This document shows positions 18,768-29,279 of a DNA stretch of 47,710 nucleotides, in pieces. The DNA is from a virus (taxonomy: Duplodnaviria > Caudoviricetes): IMG/VR virus record IMGVR_UViG_3300037183_000093, positions 1-47,710 of that record; one strand, given 5' to 3'. Numbering within the stretch: position 1 is the stretch's first letter; the number at the start of each line of letters is the position of its first letter. The translations under genes were made by a program, and so were the position numbers. The notes beneath the pieces are model-generated. The model had not been told where the DNA came from. It worked only from the letters and a program-made list of their open reading frames with translations, and ran no database searches.

Positions 18768-19060
18768 CCGCGCCACCGTTAGGTTCTTCGACATCGCTAA
18801 AGCAGCACCTGTTGGCCGTCTGGAAGGCCACGGGCAAGAAACCGGTCCAGCTCGTGGAGCAGCCTCCGCTGCCGCCCGCGCTGGCATACCTGTGGGGTTG
18901 GTTTACCGAATTGCAGCAGGGCGCTGCACCCCTCAGCTATCAGGAGATCCTGGCCTGGTCGCAGCTCACCGGGCGCCAGGCCACCGGAACCGAAGTGCAG
19001 GTGCTGCGGCAGCTAGACGCCATCTACTGGAAACCCAATCCCAATGTCCGACACAACTGA
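18710..19060 (+). CDS. -1 frameshift extension of the tail chaperone (gpGT-like)
   Basis: T TTT TTC at 18710-18716 is in the correct phase. The -1 frame is open (QEQLELLVQY...PPALAYLWGWF...LSYQEILAW...LRQLD) to TGA 19060. Confidence 0.85.
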   Translation, partial: FFQEQLELLVQYTRAELELTAPPLGSSTSLKQHLLAVWKATGKKPVQLVEQPPLPPALAYLWGWFTELQQGAAPLSYQEILAWSQLTGRQATGTEVQVLRQLDAIYWKPNPNVRHN

Positions 19061-21542
19061 TCAAGTAGCACGCCTGGTCGTTCAGGTGGATAGCGACAAG
19101 GTCACCACGGCAAATAGTGCCCTGGGCAACCTTACGGCGTCCGCCAGCAAGGCCGAGACGGCTACCAAGGGCCTGATGGGTGGCGCGGCCAGCCTGGCGG
19201 TCAAACTGGCGGGCCTGGCCGGGGCAGCTCTGTCGCTGCACGCGGCCTATGAGGCGGTGGTCGCCAGCACGGAGAAGAATCAGGCCTTGCAGGCCAAGGT
19301 GGCCGCCAGCGGTGTGCAGTCCAACCAGCTGGTCAAGGAGATGGTGACCCGGCTGCGCGAGATGGAGACGGTGCGCGCCCCGGTGGAGGATCTGACGGAG
19401 GCGTTCGTGCTGTTGCGCAATCGGGGTCTGGATCCCAGCAGCACCGCGCTGCTGGCCTACCGCGATCTGGCGGCCGGCACAGGCAACAGCGTGAGCACGG
19501 TGGCGAACGCCATCGCTCAGTCGTCGCAGGGCATGTACCGCGCCCTGAATCAGCTGGGCATCCGCGCCATGCAGGAGAGTGACGGCCTGCGCGTGGTGTT
19601 CCGGGGCAACGCCGAGAAGATCAAGGGCGACGCGGCCAGCATCGAGGCCTACGTGCAGAAGATTGCCACCCAGAACTTCGGCGGTGCCAGCGGGCGCATG
19701 GACGGTATTGAGATCATGGCCACGGCGATGCACGACCTGGAGAAAGCCTGGGGCGGTCTGTGGCGCGCCGTGGGTGAGAGTGGCATCGGTGATTTGATTG
19801 TGAAGGGCTTTGGCCTGGCCACGGACGCCGTGCACGAGCTCACCACCATGGTGGCCAGTGGGCAGTTGCAGGGGTACATTCAGGCCATCATCGACAAGTT
19901 CGATGCCTTCGGTGTGGCCGCCGTGGACGCGATCAACTTTGTGCATGATACTTGGACGCGTGGCATGCACCTCATCGGTCTGGAGGGCGACAGTGCGTTT
20001 ACCTTCCTGCTGTCATCCATCAAGAATCTGCCCGAGAACGTGACCGCCGTCGTCAAGGGTATTGGAGCTTCGCTGGGGCTGCTGGTGGAATACGCTGTGG
20101 CCACGGGCAGGGGCATGTACGCGGCCATCACGGGGTACCTGAACTTTGCCTGGGAGTCGGCCAAGAACATCGGGCACCTGATCGTGGAGGCCATCAAGAA
20201 TCCCCAGCTGGCCACGGCGGCCCTGGGCGAGTATGTGGCCAAGCAGACGGCGGATCAGACGGCGTTCGCCGGCACGCTGAAGAGCATCTGGACCAGCACC
20301 ACGGACAGCATCGGCAACGCCACGGACGCGTACACCGAGGAGATTACGGCCATCATGAACGAGCGCGACGCGGCGCTCAAGTCCTTTAATGACAAGACAG
20401 CCGCAGCCGACAAGCTGCGCGCGGCCTACGACGCGGTGCACAAGGCAGGCCCCGGCAAGCTGGATCCCCTGAAGGGCGAGCCGATTACTCGAGGCACGGA
20501 CACTGCCACCGAGGCCCAGGTGGCCGCGTACGAGGCGCTGAAGAACAGTTTGCAGCTGGAGGAGAAGGCCATCCAGGACAGCTACACCAAGCGCCTGGCG
20601 CTCATCCGCAACATGACCAAGGCGGGCAGCAAGGAGCAGGTGGACATGGAGCGGGCGCTGAATCAGCAGCTGGTCATCGACATGGACACGGCCAGCGCGC
20701 AGCGCCTGGACAAGACCATCCAGCTGGAGCAGGATCTGCGCGACGCCGTGGCCAGTGGCAACCTGATGAAGGTGGACCAGCTGCGAGCACAACTGGACCA
20801 GGAGAATCAGAAGGTAGCGGAGGCCTACGAATTCCGCAAGCAGCTTATTCTGAACGCCACGGGCATCACCGAGGAAGAGCGGCAGAAGAAACTGGTGGCC
20901 CTCGAGACCAGATACACCGCCATGCAGCGGCAGCTGGAGCTGGCGCGCAATCAGGCCACGCTGGCCACAGCGGCGGACTTCTTCGGCAACCTGTCCAAGG
21001 CGGCCAGCGCGTTCGGCAGCAAGGGGGCCAAGATTGCCAAGGCAGCGGCCATTGTCCAGGCCACGATCAAGACCTACGAGAGCGCCACCAGCGCCTACGC
21101 TGCACTGGCGGGCATTCCCTACATCGGCCCGGCCCTGGGCGCTGCCGCAGCTGCGGCTGCCATTGCCGGGGGCATGGCCAACATCGCGCAAATCCGCGCC
21201 CAGGACTACTCGGGCGCCTACGCCATGGGCGGCTCGATCCCGGCCGGGAAGTACGGTCTCGTAGGTGAGGCGGGCATCCCTGAGCTGGTCCAGGGACCGG
21301 CCACGGTCACCGGAGGCGCCGCTACGGCTGCCCTGTTGCGCGGCGGTGGCACGACCATCAACATCATCAACAATGCCGGTGTAGACGTGAGCACCCAGAC
21401 CCGTGACACCGACGACGGCCAGGTGGTGGAGGTGCTGCTGAAGAAAGTTGAGGACCGGCTGAGCTCCGGTCTGCAAACCGGGGGCACCAAGCTGGCCCGC
21501 ACCATGGAAGGTCTGTACCGTCTTAACCGCGCCAACGCATGA
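19044..21542 (+). CDS. Tape measure protein
   Basis: 832 aa helical, Ala-rich; C-terminal YAMGG...VGEAGIPELV motif. Confidence 0.9.
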   Translation: MSDTTDQVARLVVQVDSDKVTTANSALGNLTASASKAETATKGLMGGAASLAVKLAGLAGAALSLHAAYEAVVASTEKNQALQAKVAASGVQSNQLVKEMVTRLREMETVRAPVEDLTEAFVLLRNRGLDPSSTALLAYRDLAAGTGNSVSTVANAIAQSSQGMYRALNQLGIRAMQESDGLRVVFRGNAEKIKGDAASIEAYVQKIATQNFGGASGRMDGIEIMATAMHDLEKAWGGLWRAVGESGIGDLIVKGFGLATDAVHELTTMVASGQLQGYIQAIIDKFDAFGVAAVDAINFVHDTWTRGMHLIGLEGDSAFTFLLSSIKNLPENVTAVVKGIGASLGLLVEYAVATGRGMYAAITGYLNFAWESAKNIGHLIVEAIKNPQLATAALGEYVAKQTADQTAFAGTLKSIWTSTTDSIGNATDAYTEEITAIMNERDAALKSFNDKTAAADKLRAAYDAVHKAGPGKLDPLKGEPITRGTDTATEAQVAAYEALKNSLQLEEKAIQDSYTKRLALIRNMTKAGSKEQVDMERALNQQLVIDMDTASAQRLDKTIQLEQDLRDAVASGNLMKVDQLRAQLDQENQKVAEAYEFRKQLILNATGITEEERQKKLVALETRYTAMQRQLELARNQATLATAADFFGNLSKAASAFGSKGAKIAKAAAIVQATIKTYESATSAYAALAGIPYIGPALGAAAAAAAIAGGMANIAQIRAQDYSGAYAMGGSIPAGKYGLVGEAGIPELVQGPATVTGGAATAALLRGGGTTINIINNAGVDVSTQTRDTDDGQVVEVLLKKVEDRLSSGLQTGGTKLARTMEGLYRLNRANA

Positions 21543-21937
21543 TCACCTGGACCACCTATTCCCTGCCCAATCCCACGGCCGACATCGGCAACAGCACGAC
21601 CGTCTCTACCATCCGCACCAAGATGGACAGCGGTCGGGTGCGGCAGCGCAGCCGGTTTACGGCCGCCGTGCGCAGCGTGCCCTGCACCTGGGAACTCAGC
21701 GATGCCGAGTTCAAGGTGTTCCAGGCTGTGTACCACTGGAAGCTGACCCAGGGCGCTGACTGGTTTACGATTCCCCTGGCCCTGGGTGCCAGCCTTACCA
21801 CCTACACTGCGCGTTTTGCCACACCATGGTCAGCCAAGGGATCCGCCGTGCTGCGCTGGACGGTGTCCGCGACTCTGGAGGTGGAAGTGGGCAGCGTGCT
21901 CACCGAAGCTGAGTTGGATGCACTTTTCTCCTCGTGA
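21539..21937 (+). CDS. Minor tail/distal tail protein
   Basis: IRTKMDSGRVRQRSRFT...GADWFTIPL...ARF; follows the tape measure gene. Confidence 0.75.
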   Translation: MITWTTYSLPNPTADIGNSTTVSTIRTKMDSGRVRQRSRFTAAVRSVPCTWELSDAEFKVFQAVYHWKLTQGADWFTIPLALGASLTTYTARFATPWSAKGSAVLRWTVSATLEVEVGSVLTEAELDALFSS

Positions 21938-21999
21938 ACACTTTGTTTCTAACCCAACCGATAGCACAACCTCTGCCGTTACCCTACAGGAGATCATAT

Positions 22000-22314
22000 A
22001 TGTCGAAACTGTTTCAAGGCTTCTTCCACATCAACATCGGGCATATTGCCATCGCCACCATCTTTGTATTCGGCGTGGGCAAGTCATGGTCCAAGTACGA
22101 TGCAAAAATTGACACAGCCATCAACACTGAGTTGACCCATTACACGGCGCTCAAGGAGACTGATCTGGCTGCCTCAACGCGCATCGAGAAGGCTGAGGCC
22201 CAGACAAAGGACATCGCCGCGCTGACCACGGCGGTCGCGGTGCTTTCCACCGAGGTGAAGAATCTCAGTGAGGAAGTGAAACGCCTGCGCACGCATGGCG
22301 CAGCGGAGGACTGA
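22000..22314 (+). CDS. Membrane-anchored coiled-coil protein inserted in the tail operon
   Basis: ATG 22000 with CAGGAG upstream; hydrophobic INIGHIAIATIFVFGVG followed by a coiled coil. Confidence 0.6.
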   Translation: MSKLFQGFFHINIGHIAIATIFVFGVGKSWSKYDAKIDTAINTELTHYTALKETDLAASTRIEKAEAQTKDIAALTTAVAVLSTEVKNLSEEVKRLRTHGAAED

Positions 22315-22319
22315 CTGCA

Positions 22320-22829
22320 ATGCCCAGCACTGCTCTTACTGCCGCGATCAAGGAGGCCTACGCTTCGGCGCCGTCCAATGTGGTGCCCTGGGAGACGCTC
22401 CAGATTTCGCACCCGCTGCTGCCCGACGGGTCACTGTTCCTGATCAAGGACCAGCAGGACCGCACTCTGCGTCTGGAGGACAGCAGCTACCAGCTGTTCA
22501 AGGCGTGCAGTTTCAACCTGACGCTGCCTGCTGCGGGCAACAATGGGGTGCAATCCATGTCCATCAGCGTGGACAATGTGGATCGCCAGGCGTCCGACTT
22601 CTTTGAGACCGTCAAGGACTCCGACGTGCCAGTGCTGGCCACGTTCCGGCCCTACCTGAGCACGGATCCAAACACTCCGCAGATGAACCCGCCGCTGGTG
22701 CTCTGTCTGTCAGATGTGGAAGTGCACCTTACCGATGTAAGCGCCAAGGCCAGTTTCGGCAACCTGCTCAATCGGCCGTACCCGAGCGAGCTCTACACCC
22801 GGAAGCGTTTTCCTTCCCTGGGTCAATGA
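22320..22829 (+). CDS. Tail tip protein (DUF1833-like)
   Basis: AIKEAYASAP...ETLQISHP...FNLTLP...YLSTD...RFPSL. Confidence 0.8.
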   Translation: MPSTALTAAIKEAYASAPSNVVPWETLQISHPLLPDGSLFLIKDQQDRTLRLEDSSYQLFKACSFNLTLPAAGNNGVQSMSISVDNVDRQASDFFETVKDSDVPVLATFRPYLSTDPNTPQMNPPLVLCLSDVEVHLTDVSAKASFGNLLNRPYPSELYTRKRFPSLGQ

Positions 22830-23260
22830 GCGCTCCCCACCACTGGATAGCCAAGTACGTCGGGGCACCCTGGCAACTGGGCGGCCGGGGGCCGCGTGCC
22901 TTCGACTGCTGGGGCTTGCTTTGGTGGGTGTACCGCACAGAATGGGGCATTGAACTGCCAGAATACGCGCACGTGCTCACCTATGACGCCGGCATCGTTG
23001 CCCGCGTAATCGACCAGGCCGTGCGCCAGGGCGCCCAGTCGGGCGAATGGCGACCCCTGGCGACGCCTGTGGATGGGTGTGCCGTTGCCCTGAGCACGCG
23101 GGAAGTCTACCACCACGTAGGAATTTACGGTGACGTGGACGGGGGCCTGGTCCTGCATGCAGCGGACTACAAGAATGCTGCTGCACAGTCGCTCCTGGCC
23201 CTACGCGGCCGGGGGTATCGCAAAATCAACTTTTTTCAACACCATGGCTCGCATCGTTGA
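22826..23260 (+). CDS. NlpC/P60 tail-associated peptidase
   Basis: YVGAPW..GGRGP..FDCWGL (catalytic Cys); HHVGIY; LVLHA. Confidence 0.9.
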   Translation: MSAPHHWIAKYVGAPWQLGGRGPRAFDCWGLLWWVYRTEWGIELPEYAHVLTYDAGIVARVIDQAVRQGAQSGEWRPLATPVDGCAVALSTREVYHHVGIYGDVDGGLVLHAADYKNAAAQSLLALRGRGYRKINFFQHHGSHR

Positions 23261-26200
23261 GATCTCCAACCCGTTTGAGCCGTTCTCGGATACCAAGGTG
23301 TCCGAGCACCCAGGTGGCATCACCATCCGCGAGTGGCTGCGGTTTGAATACCCCGGATTTGTGGAGTTTGAGCGGCCCACCATCTGCCTGCTGAACGGAA
23401 ATCCGCTCATGCGCATGAACTGGAGCACTCATCGGCTACAGAGGACAGACATAGTCAATTTCGTCACGATACCCAACGCGCCGGGTCTGCTGTATTGGAT
23501 CATCATGGCCGTGGTGGTCATCGCCAGCGTGGTCATCGCACTGTCGGTGCCCAAGCCCAAGATACCCGGCGAGCTGGGTGGCCCGGACCCGGTGTACGAT
23601 CTGAAGGGGCAGCAGAATCAGATGAAGCTAGGGGCGCCCATTGAGGATCCATACGGACGCTGCCGTTTGTGGCCGTCGTATGCGGCACGGCCCTACGGGC
23701 GGTACATCGGCAACGAGCAGTACGCATACGAGCTGTTTTGTCTGGGCCAGGGGGAGTTCGACATTGAGGCCACGCAAATCGAGGACACCCCCATAAGCAG
23801 TTTCCCCGAGGTGACCGTGGAAATCTACCCGCCAGGCACACCAGTCACCCTGTTCTCGGACAACGTGGTTACCAGCGTGGAGGTGGCCAATCTGGAGCTT
23901 CTGGGCACCAACGAGACTGGCTACGGCTGGCTGGGTGGGTACATAGTCAATCCGGCCGGCACGCTTACCACTCTGCTGGAGGTGGACGTGACCCTGCCCC
24001 AGGGGCTGTACTTCATCGATGGCAAGAACAACATGATCCAGCTGTCCTGCAACGCGGTGTTTCAGTACCGCGCTGTGGACGACACCGGGGCGCCCATTGG
24101 CAGCTGGACGGAGCTGGCCTTCTTCGACAAGACGCTGGCCACTCAGACGCCACAGCGGTTTACCCTGTCGATTACGGTGCCCAGTGGGCGCTACGAGGTG
24201 CGGGCACAGCGTGGCGACGCCAAGGATCTGCGCAGCCAGGCGGCCAACGTCATTCGGTGGGAGGCGGCGCGGGCGTTCCTGCCCAGCACCAAGAACTACG
24301 GCAATGTGACCATCGCGGCCATGAAGGCCAAGGCCACCAACAATCTGAACAGCAACTCGCAGACTCGGTTCAACGTCATCGCCACGCGCAAGCTACCCAT
24401 CTACAACGGCACGACCCACACCTGGAGCGTCCCGACGGCCACGCGCAATCCAGTCTGGGCGGACTGCAACATCTTCCGGGCGGTCTACGGCGGACAGCTG
24501 GCAGACCAGTACCTGGACCTGCCCACACTGACGACGCTGGCTGCGGCCTACGACGCGGCGCACATCTACTTCGACTGGGTGTTCGACCAGCTCATCACCC
24601 TGTGGGATGGTGCTACCACGGCGCTGCGCGTGGGACGGGCCATTCCCATGCTGGACGGCAGCCGGATCACGGCCATTCGCACCATACTCAAGACCGTGCC
24701 GACGGCCGTGTTCAATCAGGAGAACATGGTGGACGGTAGCTTCAAGTACCAGATCAAGACGGCGGCCGTGGGGGACAACGACGGGGTGGAGATTACCTAC
24801 ATCGACTCAGTGACTTTTGCACAGGAAACCGTACTCTGTGTGCTGGACGGCGAGGCAGGGGACAACCCGGAGAAGATCACCCTGGCCGGCTGCACCGACC
24901 GCACCCGCGCCTGGCGCGAGGGCATGTACATCCGCGCCTGCCGGCGCAAGCTGCGCGAGAACATCATCTTCAGCACGGGTCTGGAGGGGCACATTCCCAC
25001 CTACGACGATCTGATTGCGGTCTCCCACGACCTGCCGCGCTGGGGCCAGGGCGGTCTGCTGCTGGGCATTGACGGGTACACCTTGGCGTTGAGTGAGCCG
25101 GTGACGTTCACACCCGGAGTGACCAACGTGATTGCCTTCCGCAAGAAGGACGGCAGCGTGCTGGGGCCTTACACGGTGGTGGCTGGTGACGACGCCACGC
25201 ATGTGGTGGCTGGCACACTGATCGACGCCGGCAATTTCCATTTTGACCACGTCAACGAGCTACCCCTGTTCCTGTTCGGCCAGGCGGCCGCCTGGGGCAA
25301 GCTGTGCCGCGTGCAGGGCCTGGCACCAGCCGGTGATGACTCGGTGGAGGTAACCTGTGTAGGAGACAACCCGGCCGTGTTCGACAAGGACGCAGCCACT
25401 CCGCCAGAGGTGGTGGACAACGGAGGCACGCCAGATCCACCGCCCAGCGTGCCCCTGCTTGATTGTTCCAGTGTGCAGATTCAGCGCGACCCGATCAATG
25501 CTGCCAAGTGGAACGTCAGCTGGCGCCCGACACTGGGGGCCACGTCCTACATCCTGTACGTGTCCTACGACGCCGGCGACAGTTGGTCCCTGCTGGCCAG
25601 CAATGTGCAGGCACCCTACTATCAGCTGACAGCCGCGTCCACGCCGTTCAGGGTGCGTGTAGCGGCCGTGGGTGCTGCCCTGGGTCCAGCGTGCGACAAG
25701 GACAGCGGTGACGTGCTGCCAGGCCCTGTGCCGCCACTGCCTCCGGGTGAGCCGTTAACGTACGGTGACATCATGCCTGGCTGGCTGCCCGGTGGTGCTC
25801 TCAGTGTTGAGTGCAAGACGCGTGGAGGTGGCTACGGAATCGTCGGTTTCGATCCCTACATCAGTTCCATTCCTGTCAGGAAGTTTTTGCGATGGAGGGT
25901 TTCCGCAGGCAATGTCTATGGTATCCACCACGGCGAGGAACCCGGTGGAAAGGGGTTTACCTGTTACATTACGGAAATGTCGGAGCGCACTGTCGATCCC
26001 ATTACTGGGTGGACGACCCCTCAACCCCTGATTAGTACCAAGAATTTCAATGGGGCAGTAAATCCCCCATGTACTGGTGGTGGGACTGGTGGGACTGGTT
26101 ATCATTCCGAAAGGTTGGACATGCAGGCTCAACCGAACATGTCCGGAGTTTCTGTCACTAAGACCGCAACAGTTTGGTCCTTTACTTCCGAGGCTGGGGT

Positions 26201-26663
26201 TGCGGCTCTTTTCGGTGGGGCGTGCCCGATTGCCACTGTGTACTTGCCTTCCCCACCGGACCCCGGCAGTATCACCTACACCCTCGACAACGAGGACACC
26301 GATGAGGCTGCCAAGGCTCGCCTAGATGCAACGCTGGCAGCGTGGGATGATATTGTTTATGGGACCTGCGTGGCCCAGACTGCGATTTGGACGCAGCGCA
26401 CTACAGGACTCTATGCTTTCTACCGTGACCTCAAGTGGCACGTCTTCGGCACAAGTTTCCTGCCCTTCTGGGATTATGAGCTTTCTGTTGTCTTCTCACG
26501 CCGGCCAGTCGACGAGAGTGGCATAGCGACTGGTGCCTGGGCAGAGTACCTCACAGACACCTATTCTCTGGCACCGGGCCTGGATGGCGGAGTGGATCTG
26601 GTCGTGGACGTGCCCAACGAGAGGGGCTGGGAAACGCGCGTGGAGCGAACGGAGTGGGTATGA
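23244..26663 (+). CDS. Tail tip/host specificity protein J (central fibre)
   Basis: YGRCRLWP; GRYEVR; ATRNPVW; FDWVFD; FN3-like WRPTLGATSY...YDAGDSW. Start placed at ATG 23244 (MARIVEI). Confidence 0.85.
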   Translation: MARIVEISNPFEPFSDTKVSEHPGGITIREWLRFEYPGFVEFERPTICLLNGNPLMRMNWSTHRLQRTDIVNFVTIPNAPGLLYWIIMAVVVIASVVIALSVPKPKIPGELGGPDPVYDLKGQQNQMKLGAPIEDPYGRCRLWPSYAARPYGRYIGNEQYAYELFCLGQGEFDIEATQIEDTPISSFPEVTVEIYPPGTPVTLFSDNVVTSVEVANLELLGTNETGYGWLGGYIVNPAGTLTTLLEVDVTLPQGLYFIDGKNNMIQLSCNAVFQYRAVDDTGAPIGSWTELAFFDKTLATQTPQRFTLSITVPSGRYEVRAQRGDAKDLRSQAANVIRWEAARAFLPSTKNYGNVTIAAMKAKATNNLNSNSQTRFNVIATRKLPIYNGTTHTWSVPTATRNPVWADCNIFRAVYGGQLADQYLDLPTLTTLAAAYDAAHIYFDWVFDQLITLWDGATTALRVGRAIPMLDGSRITAIRTILKTVPTAVFNQENMVDGSFKYQIKTAAVGDNDGVEITYIDSVTFAQETVLCVLDGEAGDNPEKITLAGCTDRTRAWREGMYIRACRRKLRENIIFSTGLEGHIPTYDDLIAVSHDLPRWGQGGLLLGIDGYTLALSEPVTFTPGVTNVIAFRKKDGSVLGPYTVVAGDDATHVVAGTLIDAGNFHFDHVNELPLFLFGQAAAWGKLCRVQGLAPAGDDSVEVTCVGDNPAVFDKDAATPPEVVDNGGTPDPPPSVPLLDCSSVQIQRDPINAAKWNVSWRPTLGATSYILYVSYDAGDSWSLLASNVQAPYYQLTAASTPFRVRVAAVGAALGPACDKDSGDVLPGPVPPLPPGEPLTYGDIMPGWLPGGALSVECKTRGGGYGIVGFDPYISSIPVRKFLRWRVSAGNVYGIHHGEEPGGKGFTCYITEMSERTVDPITGWTTPQPLISTKNFNGAVNPPCTGGGTGGTGYHSERLDMQAQPNMSGVSVTKTATVWSFTSEAGVAALFGGACPIATVYLPSPPDPGSITYTLDNEDTDEAAKARLDATLAAWDDIVYGTCVAQTAIWTQRTTGLYAFYRDLKWHVFGTSFLPFWDYELSVVFSRRPVDESGIATGAWAEYLTDTYSLAPGLDGGVDLVVDVPNERGWETRVERTEWV

Positions 26664-26893
26664 TTCTGAAGAACAAGCACACCACCGTTCTCCGGCCAGA
26701 CATGGTCGGTCCCAGACATCCGGAAGCTACCTTCGGCTTGGGTGACGTTGTGGAGGTGCTGGCCAAGCCGGTGGCGATCGTTTCTGATGCCGTCCTCAAG
26801 ACCAATTGGAAGAACTGCGTCGGCTGCGGCGAACGCAAAGCGGCGCTCAATCAGGCCGTGCCTGACGTCAACCCTATCCACCTACTGCGATGA
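26660..26893 (+). CDS. Small GLGD...CxxC..R...LN protein
   Basis: GLGDVVEVLAKPVA...CVGCGERKAALN; ATGA overlaps at both ends. Confidence 0.7.
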   Translation: MILKNKHTTVLRPDMVGPRHPEATFGLGDVVEVLAKPVAIVSDAVLKTNWKNCVGCGERKAALNQAVPDVNPIHLLR

Positions 26894-28656
26894 CTCGTAC
26901 ACCAGCAAACACCATCGTACCCATCACCGGCACTGAGAAGCAGCGCCAGGCCCTTCAGGCTCTGGGTGCAGACGATCCAATCCTGGCCAATGAGCTGCAC
27001 ACCACCAAGGATCAGACGCGCCTGTTCCTGAAGCATCTGCTGGTCAGTGGCAGCAAGTTCCTGGGCACCGTGGCTGACGCTGCGCATCGCTACAGTTTCA
27101 ACGCAGACTTCCCACACGTAGGCTGCTGGCCCGGCGACGTGATCAAACAGACTGATCCCGCTGGTGCGTTCATGTGCATCAGCGAGCATGGTGGCAGCGA
27201 CAGCGACTGGATCGCTTTCGGTGGTGACAGTGGCGGTGGTGGGGGTGCTGGTGACAACGGCTGGACGCCTGAGTTGGCGATTGTCACCGATGACGAGCGG
27301 CGCGTGTTGCAACTGGTCGGCTGGACCGGCGGTGGTGGCACCGCGCCTACTGCGCCGCTCTACGTCGGGGCGACCGGCTTTACTACTGTACTTGCTGATG
27401 CGGTCGATATTCGCGGTGCTGCGGGTGCAGATGGTGGCGGTGGCGGTGGTGGCGGTGGTGGCGGCGGCGGTGGGGGTGACTTGGTGCTCATCGCGGGCAG
27501 CACTATCGTGAGCGATCAAGTATCGATTGACATCACGAGCATTCCTGCAACTTTCCAGCATCTGAAGCTCGTTGTCAGTGTGCGGGCATCGTCGAGCGGA
27601 GGTCCGGCTCTAGTTGCCGTTGTGAATGGAGACACCACGGCAGCCAATTACATTGGCACACTCTTGTGGTCACTTCACTCTCAGGTGAATGCCGGTGCGG
27701 CAGCTAACCTGGCCTACGGCGCGAGCATCGTGGGTTCAGCTTCAGCGGCAGGCGCTTTCACGGGGATGGAGTTCACCTTCTTCGACTATGCGAGCACGGA
27801 CAAGTTGAAACTCGTGAAGGGCCTCGGTGGGTACGTCTCTACTTCAGGGGATCAATACTCCTATGACATTACGACAAATTGGACTTCTATGGCCGCGATT
27901 AACCGGCTCACACTTTCTTCCACTGTGGGCAACTTTGTAGCTGGTTCAACATGGGCGCTTTATGGTCTTCGAGTTGCCGGGGCCGGCGAAGGCTTGAAGA
28001 TCGGGCAGACTGATGACTACCCCACGGCGTTCGACGGGCTTGACACGTTCAATGGTGCATCGGTCACCCCGTTCGTGGATGTGGTTGCCTTCTCCTCCAA
28101 GAGCGTGGTCAACAGCCGCATCCTGAAACTTGTTTCAATGGGTGCTGGACTGGACCAGCGAGTGCGGGTCACCCTAGCCACTCCCAAAGCGGGTGCGTTT
28201 AATGTTCGATTGGCTTTTGCGGCATTCTGCTCCCACTGGGCCTCTGATGAAGACTATTGGTGGGAAGTGCGACTGTCCGCTGCCGATGATACCCAACTTG
28301 CCCTCTTTCGGCTTTACGGCAGATTCAGTACCACTAATTTTACCTGCATGCGTCTCTGTTCAAAGTTTGGCACAGGCGCGCCTCCCAGTGCAGGTGCAGA
28401 GTACGACACTCTGGTCACGGTAGGTTTGCCGGTCACGCTGCAAATTCTCCGGGATGGAAGCAACAACCTAACAGCTAACTTTGGGTTGGGCAATCTACCC
28501 CTTGCTCTTGTCCCGTTCAATGACGGCGGCCTCCAGCCGAAGAGTCAGAGTGTTTCGGGCACCCTAGCACGGGTGGAGATCGCAGCGCACACTTATTCAG
28601 CAGGTGGCTCAACTGCTCAAATATCCTTCTTCCTCGACTACCTGCTGTCACTCTGA
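26890..28656 (+). CDS. Tail fibre/receptor-binding protein
   Basis: N-terminal anchor-like GT..Q....DPILANE; poly-Gly hinges; beta-rich, lower-GC C-terminal domains. Confidence 0.75.
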   Translation: MTRTPANTIVPITGTEKQRQALQALGADDPILANELHTTKDQTRLFLKHLLVSGSKFLGTVADAAHRYSFNADFPHVGCWPGDVIKQTDPAGAFMCISEHGGSDSDWIAFGGDSGGGGGAGDNGWTPELAIVTDDERRVLQLVGWTGGGGTAPTAPLYVGATGFTTVLADAVDIRGAAGADGGGGGGGGGGGGGGGDLVLIAGSTIVSDQVSIDITSIPATFQHLKLVVSVRASSSGGPALVAVVNGDTTAANYIGTLLWSLHSQVNAGAAANLAYGASIVGSASAAGAFTGMEFTFFDYASTDKLKLVKGLGGYVSTSGDQYSYDITTNWTSMAAINRLTLSSTVGNFVAGSTWALYGLRVAGAGEGLKIGQTDDYPTAFDGLDTFNGASVTPFVDVVAFSSKSVVNSRILKLVSMGAGLDQRVRVTLATPKAGAFNVRLAFAAFCSHWASDEDYWWEVRLSAADDTQLALFRLYGRFSTTNFTCMRLCSKFGTGAPPSAGAEYDTLVTVGLPVTLQILRDGSNNLTANFGLGNLPLALVPFNDGGLQPKSQSVSGTLARVEIAAHTYSAGGSTAQISFFLDYLLSL

Positions 28657-28673
28657 ACCAACCCCCACACCCA

Positions 28674-28931
28674 ATGAAACACGAAACGTCCCAGCCTCAC
28701 CTGATACCAGAGTCCCTTGATCGAGAGCGTGCCCTGCTTGCGCAGTGCTTTGAACGGTTGAGCGACCTGGAAAAGAAGCTCGCCCCGGTCATGAGGGCAC
28801 CAGTAAAGCCCATGGCCAACATCTCCTGTCCGGAGTCAGCCAACGTGCTGGAGATCATCGAAACGTACAACCGCGAAATCGAGGCACTCTTCGGAAGGAT
28901 TGACTACATCCGAGAGAGTGTCCAACTGTAA
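28674..28931 (+). CDS. Hypothetical helical protein
   Basis: 85 aa with a C/A-rich leader. Confidence 0.55.
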   Translation: MKHETSQPHLIPESLDRERALLAQCFERLSDLEKKLAPVMRAPVKPMANISCPESANVLEIIETYNREIEALFGRIDYIRESVQL

Positions 28932-28937
28932 CCTGCG

Positions 28938-29279
28938 ATGAACACCTTTACCAGTTTGATAATCCACTACGTCTACGGCCTGTTTGCCCAGTCGTGGAAC
29001 GGTGCCATCGCTACTATCGTCGTCCTGGTCAAGGACACCACCGAGAACAAGGCGGGCGCCCTGGCCTGGTCGAACATCTGGCACGCATTCCTGATCGGGC
29101 TGGCGGTCAACGCCATCCTCTACCTATACGCCAACAAGCTGCCGCCCGCGCTTCCGCCAGGCATCGCTGACACACCGATGGCTCGGCTGCGGCAGGCTGC
29201 CAACCCAGGGGCCACCTTAATCCAATCACGCGCCACTGACGACGCCACCCTTGCTCCCGCTGGAATGCACGCCCCATGA
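28938..29279 (+). CDS. Putative holin-like membrane protein
   Basis: Two hydrophobic segments (YGLFAQSWNGAIATIVVLV; IWHAFLIGLAVNAILYLY), then the LPPALP tail; position after the tail genes. Confidence 0.5.
   Translation: MNTFTSLIIHYVYGLFAQSWNGAIATIVVLVKDTTENKAGALAWSNIWHAFLIGLAVNAILYLYANKLPPALPPGIADTPMARLRQAANPGATLIQSRATDDATLAPAGMHAP

Noticed and set aside
23244-28656. Diversity-generating retroelement or invertible tail-fibre cassette
   Set aside because: No reverse transcriptase, recombinase or TR/VR pair seen.
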